In this document: positions 1-11,477 of the stretch, in pieces
Numbering within the stretch: position 1 is the first letter of the stretch
Layout: the number at the start of each line of letters is the position of its first letter
Source: Camelus ferus
Taxonomy: Eukaryota
Direction of reading: 5' to 3'
DNA length: 64,000 nucleotides
NCBI RefSeq assembly: GCF_009834535.1
Contig: NC_045696.1
Coordinates: 69,442,001-69,506,000 of the forward strand
Translations under genes and position numbers: made by a program
The notes under the pieces: generated by a model
The model's input: the letters and a program-made list of their open reading frames with translations, nothing else
Database searches by the model: none
Told to the model about the DNA's origin: nothing

Positions 1-310
1 CCAAACTTATTCTCCTCGCCGCACGACAGGCAAGTAAATCAGGAGACGAGGTGTTGGGGCAAGGAATAACGACTTTATTCAGAAAGCCAGCAGACCAAGA
101 AGTTAGGGGACTAACGTCCTAGAGAACCATCTTCCCCAAGTCAGAATTCAGGCTCCTTCTATACAAAAAAGAGGAGGGGGTGTGGTTGGTTGTTGCAAAC
201 TTCTTGGTGTAGAAATCCTTTGTTCTTGCAGCTGTCCATGTAGGTCAGGTCATAATGTTCCTGTAAACCTCCAGCAAGACAAATGTTACTCTCTATTCTG
301 CAACTTTCTT
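1..310 (-). mobile_element. Probable ERV LTR fragment, cut by the window edge
   Basis: Minus-strand AATAAA (tttatt near 74-79) and general resemblance to ERV1-type LTRs; by eye only. Confidence 0.45.
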
Positions 311-1673
311 CCACTATGAAGCCAAGCACTAAGCTACAATGGAACAACAGTGAATAATAGGAGTATTTGTTGAGTTATTGCAACATATACTTCTTTACTG
401 TGTTGCTCCTTCTCATCTTCAGGAATCTTTTTCCACCCAGCCCATGCCTGCTACAGACACATTAGATGGTCCCATAGTTCCCTGTACATATCTGAACCAC
501 TGCTCTTACCAGCTTGTGTGTTAATTATTTGTTCGGATGTCTCTCTCCCACGTGGGACCATCAGTTCCTGCAATAGAGAAGTAGAGGATCTGTGTGTTCT
601 ATGGGAACACAGCTGGGAGAACAGCTTGGTTTGCTCAAAAAGTTCAAAAAAGCTATAGAGAAGGAGTGATCTTTGTATCTGGAGCCAGATGTAGAGTAGT
701 GGTTTGTTATGGGAAGGAAGGGGTGAAGGGAATTCCAGGTAGATTAAAGTCATGTTGTCAGTCCATTAACTAATGTTTATGAGGTTTTGCCGTGTGCCAA
801 GTACTTTGCTAGGTGCCAGGAGTAGACAGTAGGTTGATTTGGCTGGAAGGGGGAGCATGTGGGGCAGGAGGTCATTGGAGTAAGGATGGAGAGGAGAGCT
901 GTACCACAGATCTTCTGGAACTGGCTAAAGAGCCTGCCTTTTAACCTGGAGGCCAAGGGAGGCCTCTGAACGGTTTTTAAGCAAGTAAATGCTGGAGCCA
1001 GGTTTGGTTCTAGATGAGGAAGATATCTACGCACAGATATGAACAGATTCATGGGATATACTGTTAAGTGAAAAAAAAAACCATGTATAAAAGACTATCT
1101 ACAATGTGCTACCTTTTGTATGCTGAAGAAGAGGAAGTAAGAAAACATCCCTATATCTGCTCACTGGTGTGAAAATAAACAGGAAGGATAAACCAGAAAC
1201 CATAAGCAGCAGATGGGAACAAGATGGAAAGGAGGGCGATGGGAACAGAGTTAAGGGAATGGGGGAAAGCAAGGCTTCCCTGAAGATACCTTTTTGTATG
1301 GTTCTGAATTTTGAAACCATAGTAATAAAGAATCAGTGGAAATGGAGGAAAAAAAAAACCCTACAGTGAAATACAAACAGGAATGAATGGGAGTAGGAAA
1401 GAACTAACCTAAGAAACTTTTTCAAAATAGTATTTTGAGTATATGCTGTTCGCTGAAGACAAAGGAACTATAAATAAATCTTGAACTCTGTTTTCCACAG
1501 AGATGTAGCTAGCACTTCTGAAACTACTTTCTGTTTATTTTAGGATTGAGAAAATAAGTATATTGTAGATCATGGAAACAGAGCTTGCTGTAGAAGGGAG
1601 TTTAACAATATGGAATGAGAGTAGGCTACAATTGACACTGTAGTGTATGCATATGAACTTGGGGTTTTTAACG

Positions 1674-1765
1674 ATGGATGGTGGGTGGACTGATGGATCA
1701 GTGGATGGATGGATAGAAAGATAGATAGCCAGAGATGACATGTGTGTGTGTGTGTGTGTGTGTGT
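1674..1765. repeat. Degenerate (TGGA)n followed by (TG)~12
   Basis: Read directly. Confidence 0.9.
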
Positions 1766-2231
1766 ATGCGTGCATATGCTTCCCAGCTCTGTCCCTGATA
1801 GGGCCTAGAAGCAGTGACACCCCAGTAGCAATGAGCATACCTAGTGCCCAAACCTTGGTTTCAAATACCATTCTCCACTAAAAGGAATTGGCTCTTTGGA
1901 GGAATGACTGACTTCAGGACTAGTACTGAGGAAGTGCAAGATGAGCCTGAATTATTTTGTAGTACCAGAAAATAAAGATGTGATCAAAGAATGATAGGAA
2001 TATGTCTAAGAACAAGGAATCACCTTGAATGAGCTTGCACCAACCAAATCTGGGACAATTTGAGAATCAAAAAGGATAATGATGATAATGGATTATAACC
2101 CATTGAATAAAGTAGGAATCCATGAATATAAGTAAATATATTATATGTAAAAGTAATATACTTATATAGTATGTATATTTATATAAACACTTTCTATATT
2201 TATAGTATATGTAGTATTTATAGTATAAAGA

Positions 2232-2263
2232 AAGTATAGTATAGTATAGTATAGTATAGTATA
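2232..2263. repeat. (AGTAT)~6 pentanucleotide repeat at the end of an AT-rich low-complexity tract
   Basis: agtatagtatagtatagtatagtatagtat. Confidence 0.9.
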
Positions 2264-2549
2264 AAGAAATAAAGAAGCTCTTTCTCACAGTAGAATTCCA
2301 ACTAGTAAGTATAGAATGGAGGATGGAATTACAAAGTTACTATTATAGTAGTAATTAATCCAGGCGAGAATCATCAGTGGGTGCTAAAACTAGTGGAGAA
2401 AAAGTTTGATGAGGAATTACAAAATTACAACCACCTGCAGCAGGATAAGCTCAAGTTCAGCTTTCTACAGCACAACACAAAGACTTTGCAGCCAACTGCT
2501 CTCAACTGATTAAGCTATATTGCTAAGTGCTGTATTTGCAATAGGATGA

Positions 2550-2800
2550 TAACAGTAACTATTTATTGAGTGCCCACTGTGTGATAGGCATTATGCTAGG
2601 TAGGGTTTGGGGTTGGGGGTTATTTTTTTGCATATATTAACTCACTTGATCCTAACACTAACTCAGTGAGATTTTTTATTAGTCATTCCCATTTTTAAGG
2701 TGAGGAAACCAAGGTTCAAGAAATGAAAAATTTATCTAAAGTCAAATAGCTAGTAAGAGGCAGAGCCATGATGCACATCCCCTGCCTTCTGATTTCAGGT
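2550..2800 (-). mobile_element. MIR SINE
   Basis: Reverse MIR core: cccattttt..gtgaggaaaccaaggttca...aaagtca..tagctagtaag. Confidence 0.7.
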
Positions 2801-3877
2801 TCTGTGCTGTTCTATCATGTAGTGTGTCTCTGGGTCCTCTTAGAGTTCTGAGCTTCTGAAAGTGTGCAGAATGATAAGATCAGAGAGGCATTCTTAAACA
2901 AAAGCATTGGGTGGTGCCTTCTTTCTCCTCATCATATTTACTAAACAGCTTGCCTCATTTTCCTTGTCTAAAAATAGGGAAGGCAGTGCTTAATTTACAT
3001 GGTTGTTATGAGGACTAAATTAGATAATATATGTAAAGCATATAGCACAGTGTAAAATAAGTGTCCAGCAGCAGTGTTAATACCAGTGCAGTGCTGAATT
3101 CCCTTGTATGATGGAAAATGTTTCCAAAGGTCTTGCTTTTGGACTGAATTAATAATCAAAGGCCAGAGCATAAAAAGCTTTTGTGTATCATGAAAAGAAG
3201 ATTACATTTTATTCTATAGACAGTAGAAGCCAGTGAAGAATTTTATTACCAGGGAAGATGTGATTTGGTTGGCAATTTAGAGTGGACCAAGGGGAAGAAA
3301 GCAAAACCCAAGGCAGGGAGACCAGCAGGAGGCTGTTGTCAGAGACAAGGCAAGAGGAGATGAGGGTCTGAGTTAACAAAGCGACTGGCATGATAGAGCG
3401 GAGGGAACACACAATGGACAGTCATACTCCCAGGCTGGTGCCTGGGTTTGGCAGGAGAGAGTGAGGAGCTTAGACTCAGCCTCAGACCTCTGGCCTGAGT
3501 ATTGACTCTTCTTGGGCATGACCAGAATACAGAAGAGGGGCAGGTTGGGTGGCAAGGTGCAGCTCAGGGTTGTTTGGGACATACATCTCCTGGGAGTCCC
3601 AGGAGACAGTTGGGTCTGCAGATCTGGACTGAGGAGAGAGTGCAGGGCTGGAGCAGCGTGCTTGGGGGTCATTGAAGCTGTGGAGGCAGATGAGGTCCCT
3701 CAGGGAAGGGATGTATTGTGAGGAGAGGGCTGAGGATAGGATTTTGAAAACACCCAGTTTTTAACAATGGCAAAAGAAGAAATGGGGGGAGACTGAGGAG
3801 GAACACTTAGAAAGAGAGGTTCCAGGGGGTTGTTTTCTGACAAGTCCAAGGCTGCAGAGAGAGCACTGGGTCACTGG

Positions 3878-4317
3878 TTTTGACCTTAGAAATAAAACGG
3901 CCAGTTATTTTACAGAAAGAAAAAAAAAAAGGGTTTACTTGGGAATAGTGGAGGAATTGCAGTTCGGGACAAACAGCTATAGTTTATTATAGGCAAGTCC
4001 AGCATACAAAGGAGAAGAATGTTATTTTATGTAGAAAAAGGAAGAAGCTGGGAGGGGATGTTTTAAACAGAAGTCTGTTGGAGAAAAGTGAGAGTTTGGG
4101 ATGATGACGGTTACTCATTGGTTGTGTTGCTGGGGTAGTCAGTTTCTTGTAGGAAGTGCAATGTACATCATCTCCTGGGGGGCCTGTAACTGATGACTCT
4201 TTCCTGTTGATTCTTCTGTTGGGGGCTTTAATTCCTCCTGAAATTGTGGTACTGCATGAGAGCTCCCCCTTCTGGTTTCCCAACTCCATTTCAGTGAGGT
4301 TTCCCTTTACTAATACA
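3878..4317 (-). mobile_element. Solo LTR, probably ERV1 class
   Basis: About 440 bp flanked by CTGG (3874-3877 and 4318-4321). The minus strand starts TG and has AATAAA near its 3' end. Confidence 0.6.
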
Positions 4318-5665
4318 CTGGAAACCATGGCAAGAGCCAGTGCCAAAGAGCAGAATCCAGTTGGCCAGCAGATTAAGAAAACAATTAGTTTTTTTTCAGG
4401 AGAGAAGCTAGAACTTGAATGCTCCCAGAGATACAGGCATCTCGTTCCCTTGCCATGCATTGCCTCCTGCTGTTGGAGATCTGACTGATGGAAGGTCTTC
4501 CTTACAGAGGATCTCCTTACAGGAGGTCTCCCGCCAGCATTTTCTCTCAGCTCTAGTTCAGCCCTCCAGGTCCACACCAACCAAGTCTATCTGCTACTCC
4601 AGAGGACTGTCCAAGTCCTCACCGGGTCATCTCACCCAGCCCCTCCACCATTCCTCATATACTCCAGGCTCCCCAGACTTGCCTTAAAGCCTGACTGTCT
4701 ATGATGGATCCTCTCTTATCAACACTGGGCTTGTTCTTTGGTAGCATTGGTCTTTATTTCCCATCCTGTTAAGTTTGTGGCTTTCCAACGTCTTTTTAAC
4801 CTCAACTCGGAATAAGAAATGCATTTTACATTATGATAGGTGTACACATACATGTCTAACTGGAAGGAGATGCCCTCTTGTTTTCAACTCCATTTCATTC
4901 CATTCTGTGCTGTTCTATTTCATGTTTTTAAATGCTGGTCTTGGCCCAACATGTTAACTTTACAACCCGCTAAACTGATTTAATGACTGATGGTGGGACT
5001 GATGGAGTCACCATACCAGGAGGGGCTCAAAGGAAACGACGTTAGTGTTAGTCTGAATCCATCCCTCTTCACTCCCTCAGGCTCCTCCACACTGGGGCCA
5101 GCAGGCTTTCCCTCTAATTGTTTCTGTCCTTCTGAGAGGAGAAAAACCTGCTTCAGTCACTAGGATGTTAGCCAGCTTTGAGGAGGGGTGGGTATTTGAA
5201 TTTCCAGAGTGACTCAGTGACTCATCAGAGGAAAGTAAGCCCAGCTCTAATGGTGAAATTTAGAAGTCAGCGGAGGAGAGACTGGCTTACCTTTCAAATC
5301 ACGCCACATGGGCTACTGTCCCTGTACTCACTCATGAGATGTCTGATAGCCTGAGCCATTTTCATACCTAGAGGATGCCCTTAGGTGGCCCTACTACTGC
5401 CTCTCACGTGAGACATTTTAAATTTCCCAGAGTTTAGGAGTATGGCTACCTCTTCATACTGGCCACCCAACCCCCACCCCAGCCAGACTGGTCTGTATGT
5501 CTGTCCTCTTCTGACTTCCCTGAAAGGATATCCCCCATCTATTGAGAACAAATGCCTTCTATAGAGCTTTCTCAAAGATCCCTTGGGGATTTTTTTTTTT
5601 AACAAGAAAAATGACTTATGCATTCTCACATTCTCATTCACAATGTCTTTTCTACTTCCGCCCAG

Positions 5666-5907
5666 GAGGAGCAAAGACTTCTGAATTTACCTTGTCTACA
5701 AACTGAAGGATGTTTCCTGAGAAATATCAGAGGTCTTCATCTGCTGAAAGGTGCCCGCAGCTGCCGTAGACACTTGGGTCCTTGAGAAATCTCCTGAAGG
5801 GCTTGTCCATTGTGTACCTGCAATGAACCAAGCCCCAGGCTGGGCCTCGGCTTTAGCCTGGTGAACAAAACTCTGTCCCTAAGCTCACGTGCTCACATCC
5901 AGCAAAG
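5666..5907 (+). other. DGKG: DGKG 5' UTR part of the first coding exon (exon 2)
   Basis: Pyrimidine tract and CAG acceptor (tcttttctacttccgcccag|G) ending at 5665, 242 nt before the ATG. The 5' boundary is inferred, not proven. Confidence 0.7.
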
Positions 5908-5974
5908 ATGAGTGAAGAACGGTGGGTCTCCCTCACTCCAGAAGAATTTGGCCAACTCCAGAAATACACAGAAT
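5908..5974 (+). CDS. DGKG: DGK gamma exon 2, start codon; MSEERWVSLTPEEFGQLQKYTE
   Basis: aagATG with A at -3; translation matches the DGK-gamma N-terminus; donor T|GTGAGT; 67 nt, ends in phase 1. Confidence 0.96.
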
Positions 5975-7549
5975 GTGAGTAAATGGATTGACCCACCTGG
6001 GGTGGGATTTCCTCTTGGTCGGGGAGAGCTTTTCTGGACAGCAGAGTAATATAATCATTGCAGAGCACCGAGAATGAGATCAGGCCTGACAGCTTATGTT
6101 TCTTTATAAACACAGAATTTGTGTCTTTAAACATAAGAACACAATTATCTTTATGCTGTATAAATGATACATGCTCTATAAATGATACATGATAATTTAG
6201 AATATACAGGGGAGAAAAATAAAGATAGGTTAAAAATCACGGGTAAACTCTCTGCACATTTTGGAACATTCTCATCCTGTGCATATTGCGTGACTTGGTT
6301 GAGTTCCTGAACATACCCTTTTTCTTCCAGTCTGTATTTTTCACATCATATAATACTGTAAGGATTTTCTCAGGTCATCAAAACCTCTTTATAGCATAAT
6401 TTTTGAAGGACTGCAGACTGCTTGGTTACAATATTAGTCATTTTCTTTAATATACTCTTGAGCTTGGATCCAATGCCTTCTTTCTGTAAGATGCAGAATT
6501 CTGATGCGTGTCTCCTTCTTGACTTTGTTCTGGAGCAGCCTGGGCTTTCACGTGGGGCTCTTGGGTTTGCCAGTTGTACCTAGGAGTAGTTTCAGTGCAT
6601 CAAGACACAGTGGTGATGAGGCCCATGTCCACATGCTGGTGCACTGCTGTGTGCCCTGCCTCCATGGGCCACTCCTAATCCTGACTGGTGACAGGAGTCT
6701 GTCCAGGCTGACCGCTGCACTCTGCACACACCTAGTGTGCATCATGATTATGCAACGGCACTGATTTTTATGAGCCTTCCATCTTGTGGAGCCCTCCACT
6801 GCGCTGCTGACTGTACCCCATTGTCCTAACCCCTCTCCCCTCATTAACTGTGCTGGCGCTTTGTAAGTCACTGGGCTGTAGCATAGTGACCTGCCATACT
6901 GAGCTTGCTCAGGTCATCCTCTGATGCCCTTTAGGCAGTCTGCCCCCCACCCCACAGGGCAGGCAGCCTTTCCACAGTACTGGACTGAGAATTAGGGGAT
7001 CGGGCTCAGTGCCAGCTCCAGCTCTCGCTCTGTGATGTAACAGACCTTAACCCATCCCACCCTTCACGTCACCTGACCCCCACGCCCCTAACCTCAGTGT
7101 CCTCTTATGCAGAATGAGAGGGCTGGCCCAGATGCTATCCCCCTTTGGTCACTCTGGGCGTGACACCCCGTGACCCCCATGTGCCCCCCTATAGAGCTAC
7201 TGGACGGTCTTTCCCTGGTACCCTGGAGCCTGTGGCCTCTTGTCTGACTGCACTAGGTTTAAAGAAACTCTGCAATGTATTGACGAGGAGCAAGGAATCA
7301 CCCTCCAGAGTAAACTCCATCTAATTCAGCCTACTCCATGGGTCAGCAAACTACCAGGCTCTGTCAGGGATGAAAAAGAAGTGCAGAGAAAAGGCTTGTC
7401 CCTGAGGAATTGGAATCTTGTTAGGGAGTCAGAAATGTGCTTGTGACACAAGCAGAGAACAGGTTTAAGGCAGCAGGGAGACACCTCTGGCAGAGATGGC
7501 GAAACTGAGTGCACAAACGAGCAGAGAATTTAGAGCTGGGGGAAGTTGA

Positions 7550-7911
7550 TATGAGTGGCTTAGAACAGCAGAAAGGCTCTCACAGTTCTGGAGCCTAGGA
7601 GTCCAAAATCAGGTTGTCGGCTGGGTGGGTTCCTTCTGAGCGCTGGGGGAGAAGGACCTGCTCCCAGCCTGTCCTTTGGGCTGTCTTTTGTGTTTCTTCA
7701 CACAGCGGTCCCCTGTGTGTGTGTGTGTGTCCCGTTTCCCTCTGTATACGACACAGTCGTATTGGACTGGGCCCACCCTGTTCCAGTATGGCCTAATCTG
7801 AGCTAATTACATCTGCAGTGACCCTGTTTCCGATAGAGTCGCACTCTGAGGTACCGCGGGATTAGGACTTCAACATACAAATTTGCAGGGGCTACAATTT
7901 AACGCACAACA
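7550..7911. mobile_element. MaLR (MLT1-like) LTR
   Basis: Typical blocks ctcacagttctggag..tccaaaatcaggttgtcgg and ttaggacttcaacata...aatttaac..acaaca. Confidence 0.75.
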
Positions 7912-9238
7912 GAGGTGTTAGCTGGGCAACTCTACAGAGGAAAGAAGTTTAAAATGTGAGTAGTAGATGGTGGCAGTGGGTAGAAACAGTGGAAGCACAG
8001 GTGGAGGGGTCCAGAGGGAGAGGGTGTCTGAGGGGCAGTAAGGAGGACTTCTGGGCCAGATGGAGAGAAGGAGCAGGTGGGTGGGGAGGGGGCATGGGAG
8101 GGACGGGGACAGCAGAAGGGCCCTGCATATCAAGGCATGGCCTTTGGACCGAGGTGGCAAAATGTAGAGCCATGCATCTGGTGGCTGTGTGCAAGGTGGC
8201 CTGGAGGAGGGAGCTGCCAGGTCAGGGAGGTCCAAAGTCCTTGGGATGAATCTAGCGTGAGCGCAGGCACAGAGCTAAGATGGGGACTGTGGCAATGAAC
8301 GAATGCCAATTTGTGGAAGATTGCTGTGGAAGTATCACCAAAACTTACGGAGCAAAGTGAAGCCAGCAAAGATACCTCAAGGCCTGGGACTCTGTGGAAG
8401 GTAACGGACAGAGGGGCCCAAATGTGGCAAAGCCGTTGAGGTGGCAGGGGTGAAAAGAACCAGAGTATTAGATAGGAAATGGCTCCTTTGTGGTTTTTTT
8501 TCAACCATCAGCCTTGTCCTCTGACCCATCCTCATATTGTCCATGTCCCAGAACTGTGTGAGGGACTTGGACACCAGTGTTCTAACAAGAGAGGGAAAAA
8601 AAGGTACAATTCTTGGAAAATGATTAATCCTCAGAGGAAACCCAGATAAAGGCACCTCTACCAATTTTAGACACATTCTGGCATTCAGTCAGATTGCATT
8701 GCCATAGCAACTGCTCTTCCCTCACCACGAAAACAGGAGCTTGACAATAGCCGAATAACTGAAGTGCATAGCCTGAGAGCTGGGAACTTTCTCCAGTGGG
8801 TTCCAGGTCAGAGAAGCCAAGAGTGTCAAGACGAGAGGCTTTTGGCATGTTCTGTTTAAATAACACAAACCCTACACCTTCTCTGGTGACCTTCTCTCAG
8901 GGGAGAAGCCATGTTAAGTTCCCCTTGGGGATATTATATACACAATGGAGCTGACAGTAAGCTTAATGTGAACTGAGTGTGAAGTGCTTGTTAAAAAGGA
9001 CAGCATGATATTAAGAATTTTTTGTTACAAAATAAAAGCAGGTGTAAACATTTCAGAAAACAGAAAGATGAAATTTCAAGCTGCTCATGGTCCTCTCTCC
9101 CAGCAATAACCACGACGAGTGTGTTTGTGTATAAATATAAATATTAAAATACACATATCCCTACACATATATACATATGTGTATTTTAAGAACAAACATG
9201 CTAGGCTATTTGGTGTGCTGTTTCTTCACCCTAACAAT

Positions 9239-9772
9239 GTGTCTCTGTTATCTGTTGCTGCATCAAAACAACTTCAAAACTTGATGAGTTATGACAACCA
9301 ACCACTTGGGGTTTTTCCTGTGGTTCTGTGGCTGGGGCATCTGGACGGGCCACAGTAGGATGACAAGTTCCTGTTGCACAGTGTTTAGAGCTGCAGCCAG
9401 GATGCCTCACGTGACCCAGCGTGGCGGGTTCACTCACGGCTGGTACCTCGTGCTCCTACGGGGGCCTGTCCCTCCAAGTGCTTGCTCATCTCCCAGGGCC
9501 TCTCCCTGTGGCCTGTCTTGCCAGCAGTGTAGCCTGGACTTTGTACATGTGGCTCAGGGCTCCAGGAGCACACAAGGGGCAGCAGGCCTTTTTAACACCT
9601 GGGCTCAGAGGTCCTAGAACGTAACTCTCTCCACATTCCATTGGCCAAAGCAGTCACAGGTATGGCCCAGATTCGGTGAGTGGAGGAATGGACGCCACAT
9701 CTCATGGGACAGTGGCTCACACAGGAAGGAGGAAAACTGACTCCAGCCATCTCCGGAGACTACCTCGTACAC
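9239..9772. mobile_element. MaLR (MLT1F/G/H-like) LTR
   Basis: Starts tgt..gttatctgttgctgcat..aaacaac; has cacattccattggccaaagcagtcacag..gcccagattc; ends in CA. Confidence 0.7.
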
Positions 9773-9929
9773 AGTATGTCCTGAGGTGTTCTGTATCATC
9801 CAGTAGTTTTCAGAAGCATGGCTTTAATGGCTGCAGAGATTTCTTTTGAGTACATACACATTATTTTATTTAATCAAGTCACTGATTGTGACCTTAGGAT
9901 GTATTATTAGACTCATAGCGTCTAGTAAG

Positions 9930-10450
9930 ACTACTGATATCCGCATTCTACCCCACCCTGATCAGACCTCTCTAGAAAACTGAATTTATTTCTGGGCACC
10001 ACCATTTCCAATGGATGTGGACAAACTGGGGCTTGTTTGAGAAGTGCCACCAGCATGGTGAGGGACCTCACAGCCTGGTTATGAAGCAAGGGGTGAAAAT
10101 ACTAGACATATTTGCTAGAAAAGGGAAAATTCAGGGAAGGGTGAGGGAAAGCTAGTTGTATTAAAATAGCTACAGTGCTCTGTGGGAGGAGGTGTAAAGT
10201 TAATTTTGAACAGCTTCAAGAAGTAGCCCTAGGACTAATGGGAGAAAAATCATTGGAAGAAATACTAGTTTAAAGTAAGGAATACAATGATTCCTAATGG
10301 TCAAACCTGCCCAGTATGGAATAGAATTGACCCAAAGCGACTGAGTTTCCTTTCCCCAGAACTGCCTGGCAGACACAATAGGGGAGGTTAGAGCATCAGA
10401 TGTCCGGTTGATTAAATGACCTTCATTAACTCTACCACTACTTAGTTTCT
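9930..10450 (+). mobile_element. CR1/L3 LINE 3' fragment
   Basis: Degenerate CR1 ORF2 end: ttctgggcaccacca...gatgtggacaaactgg...gccaccagcatggtgaggg. Confidence 0.65.
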
Positions 10451-11477
10451 ATATTTAAATAGATTTCTTTTCAACCTCAGAGGGCATGAGAATGTGAGGA
10501 TAACCGCTACTTACCCTCCCCTAATAGCTTCAGAGATATAAGTGGCTTATTGTTCTAATCCTGATATTTGGGGTGTGTGTGGCAGTGGTGTAATTTTTCC
10601 TGTAATTTATCAAGGACAGAAACTATCAGTTTATTCATAAAGGGGAAAAAGAAAAAAACTGATAAAACATCCATTTTTACTGGTAATTCTCTAAGAAATT
10701 AAACCAAGTATTTCCTACATCAGCTAGTGGTTGCTTGATTTTGTAGCCTTTTTAAAGCTAGGAGAGATCTTAGCCATGGTCAAGTCCAACTACTACCCAT
10801 TTTACAAATAAGAACACTGAAGCCGGAAGAGCTCCGTGACTTGCCCAAAGTCGCCCAGAAAGTCAGTGGCAGAATAAGAATCAGAACCAAAATTTTCAAA
10901 TTCCGGGTCAAATTCAGTTTGCTTCAATTTAGTTCCAGCAAATTAATTAGAAAGTACTCATTGGAGCTCAACCTCCAACCATGCATTTTAAAGAAAAAAA
11001 CCCATTTATATATGTTAATTAAATTACAATAGAACAAAATTTAAAAGACATTTTAAAAAGAATGAATCAGTAAAGTGTGCTGTCCAGAAACATATTTCAT
11101 TAGAATGAGATCAAGGCACGGTTTCTGACTTTAAGATGTAGGTAATTTATAGCTCAGAATTCAAACCTATCAGTGTTAGTATAGGAGTCAGAGAAAATGT
11201 TTAGGATTGATTTGTAGAACAAAGTTAGGCTGTAAGTAAGCGCCATTGAAACTTTGCTGTTTATATTGGTCAGTATAATGAGATTTAATCAATGTTCATG
11301 GAATCCTGGGCCCATGAAGGGTCATGTCTAGTTGCTTCCATCTTGGAAAGGGTCATTACAGCTATTTCTCACCCACATCTCTTTCTGTACAATTGGCCTT
11401 TTCATTAGCGATGACTGGAACTCTGCCCACAAGTGGTTACAGAATCTATGGATTGGGAGAGACTGCTATAGAAGAAT

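Larger units (their letters stand above)
1020..2420 (+). mobile_element. Old LINE-1 3' UTR (L1MC/L1MD-like) with embedded microsatellites
   Basis: Blocks such as gatatactgttaagtgaaaaaa and ccattctccactaaaaggaa...gtgcaagatgagcctg resemble L1M 3' UTRs. Confidence 0.6.

Noticed and set aside
3987..4580. 197-aa minus-strand ORF
   Set aside because: It runs through an LTR and flanking DNA, starts at a non-ATG codon, and has no gag/pol/env motifs.
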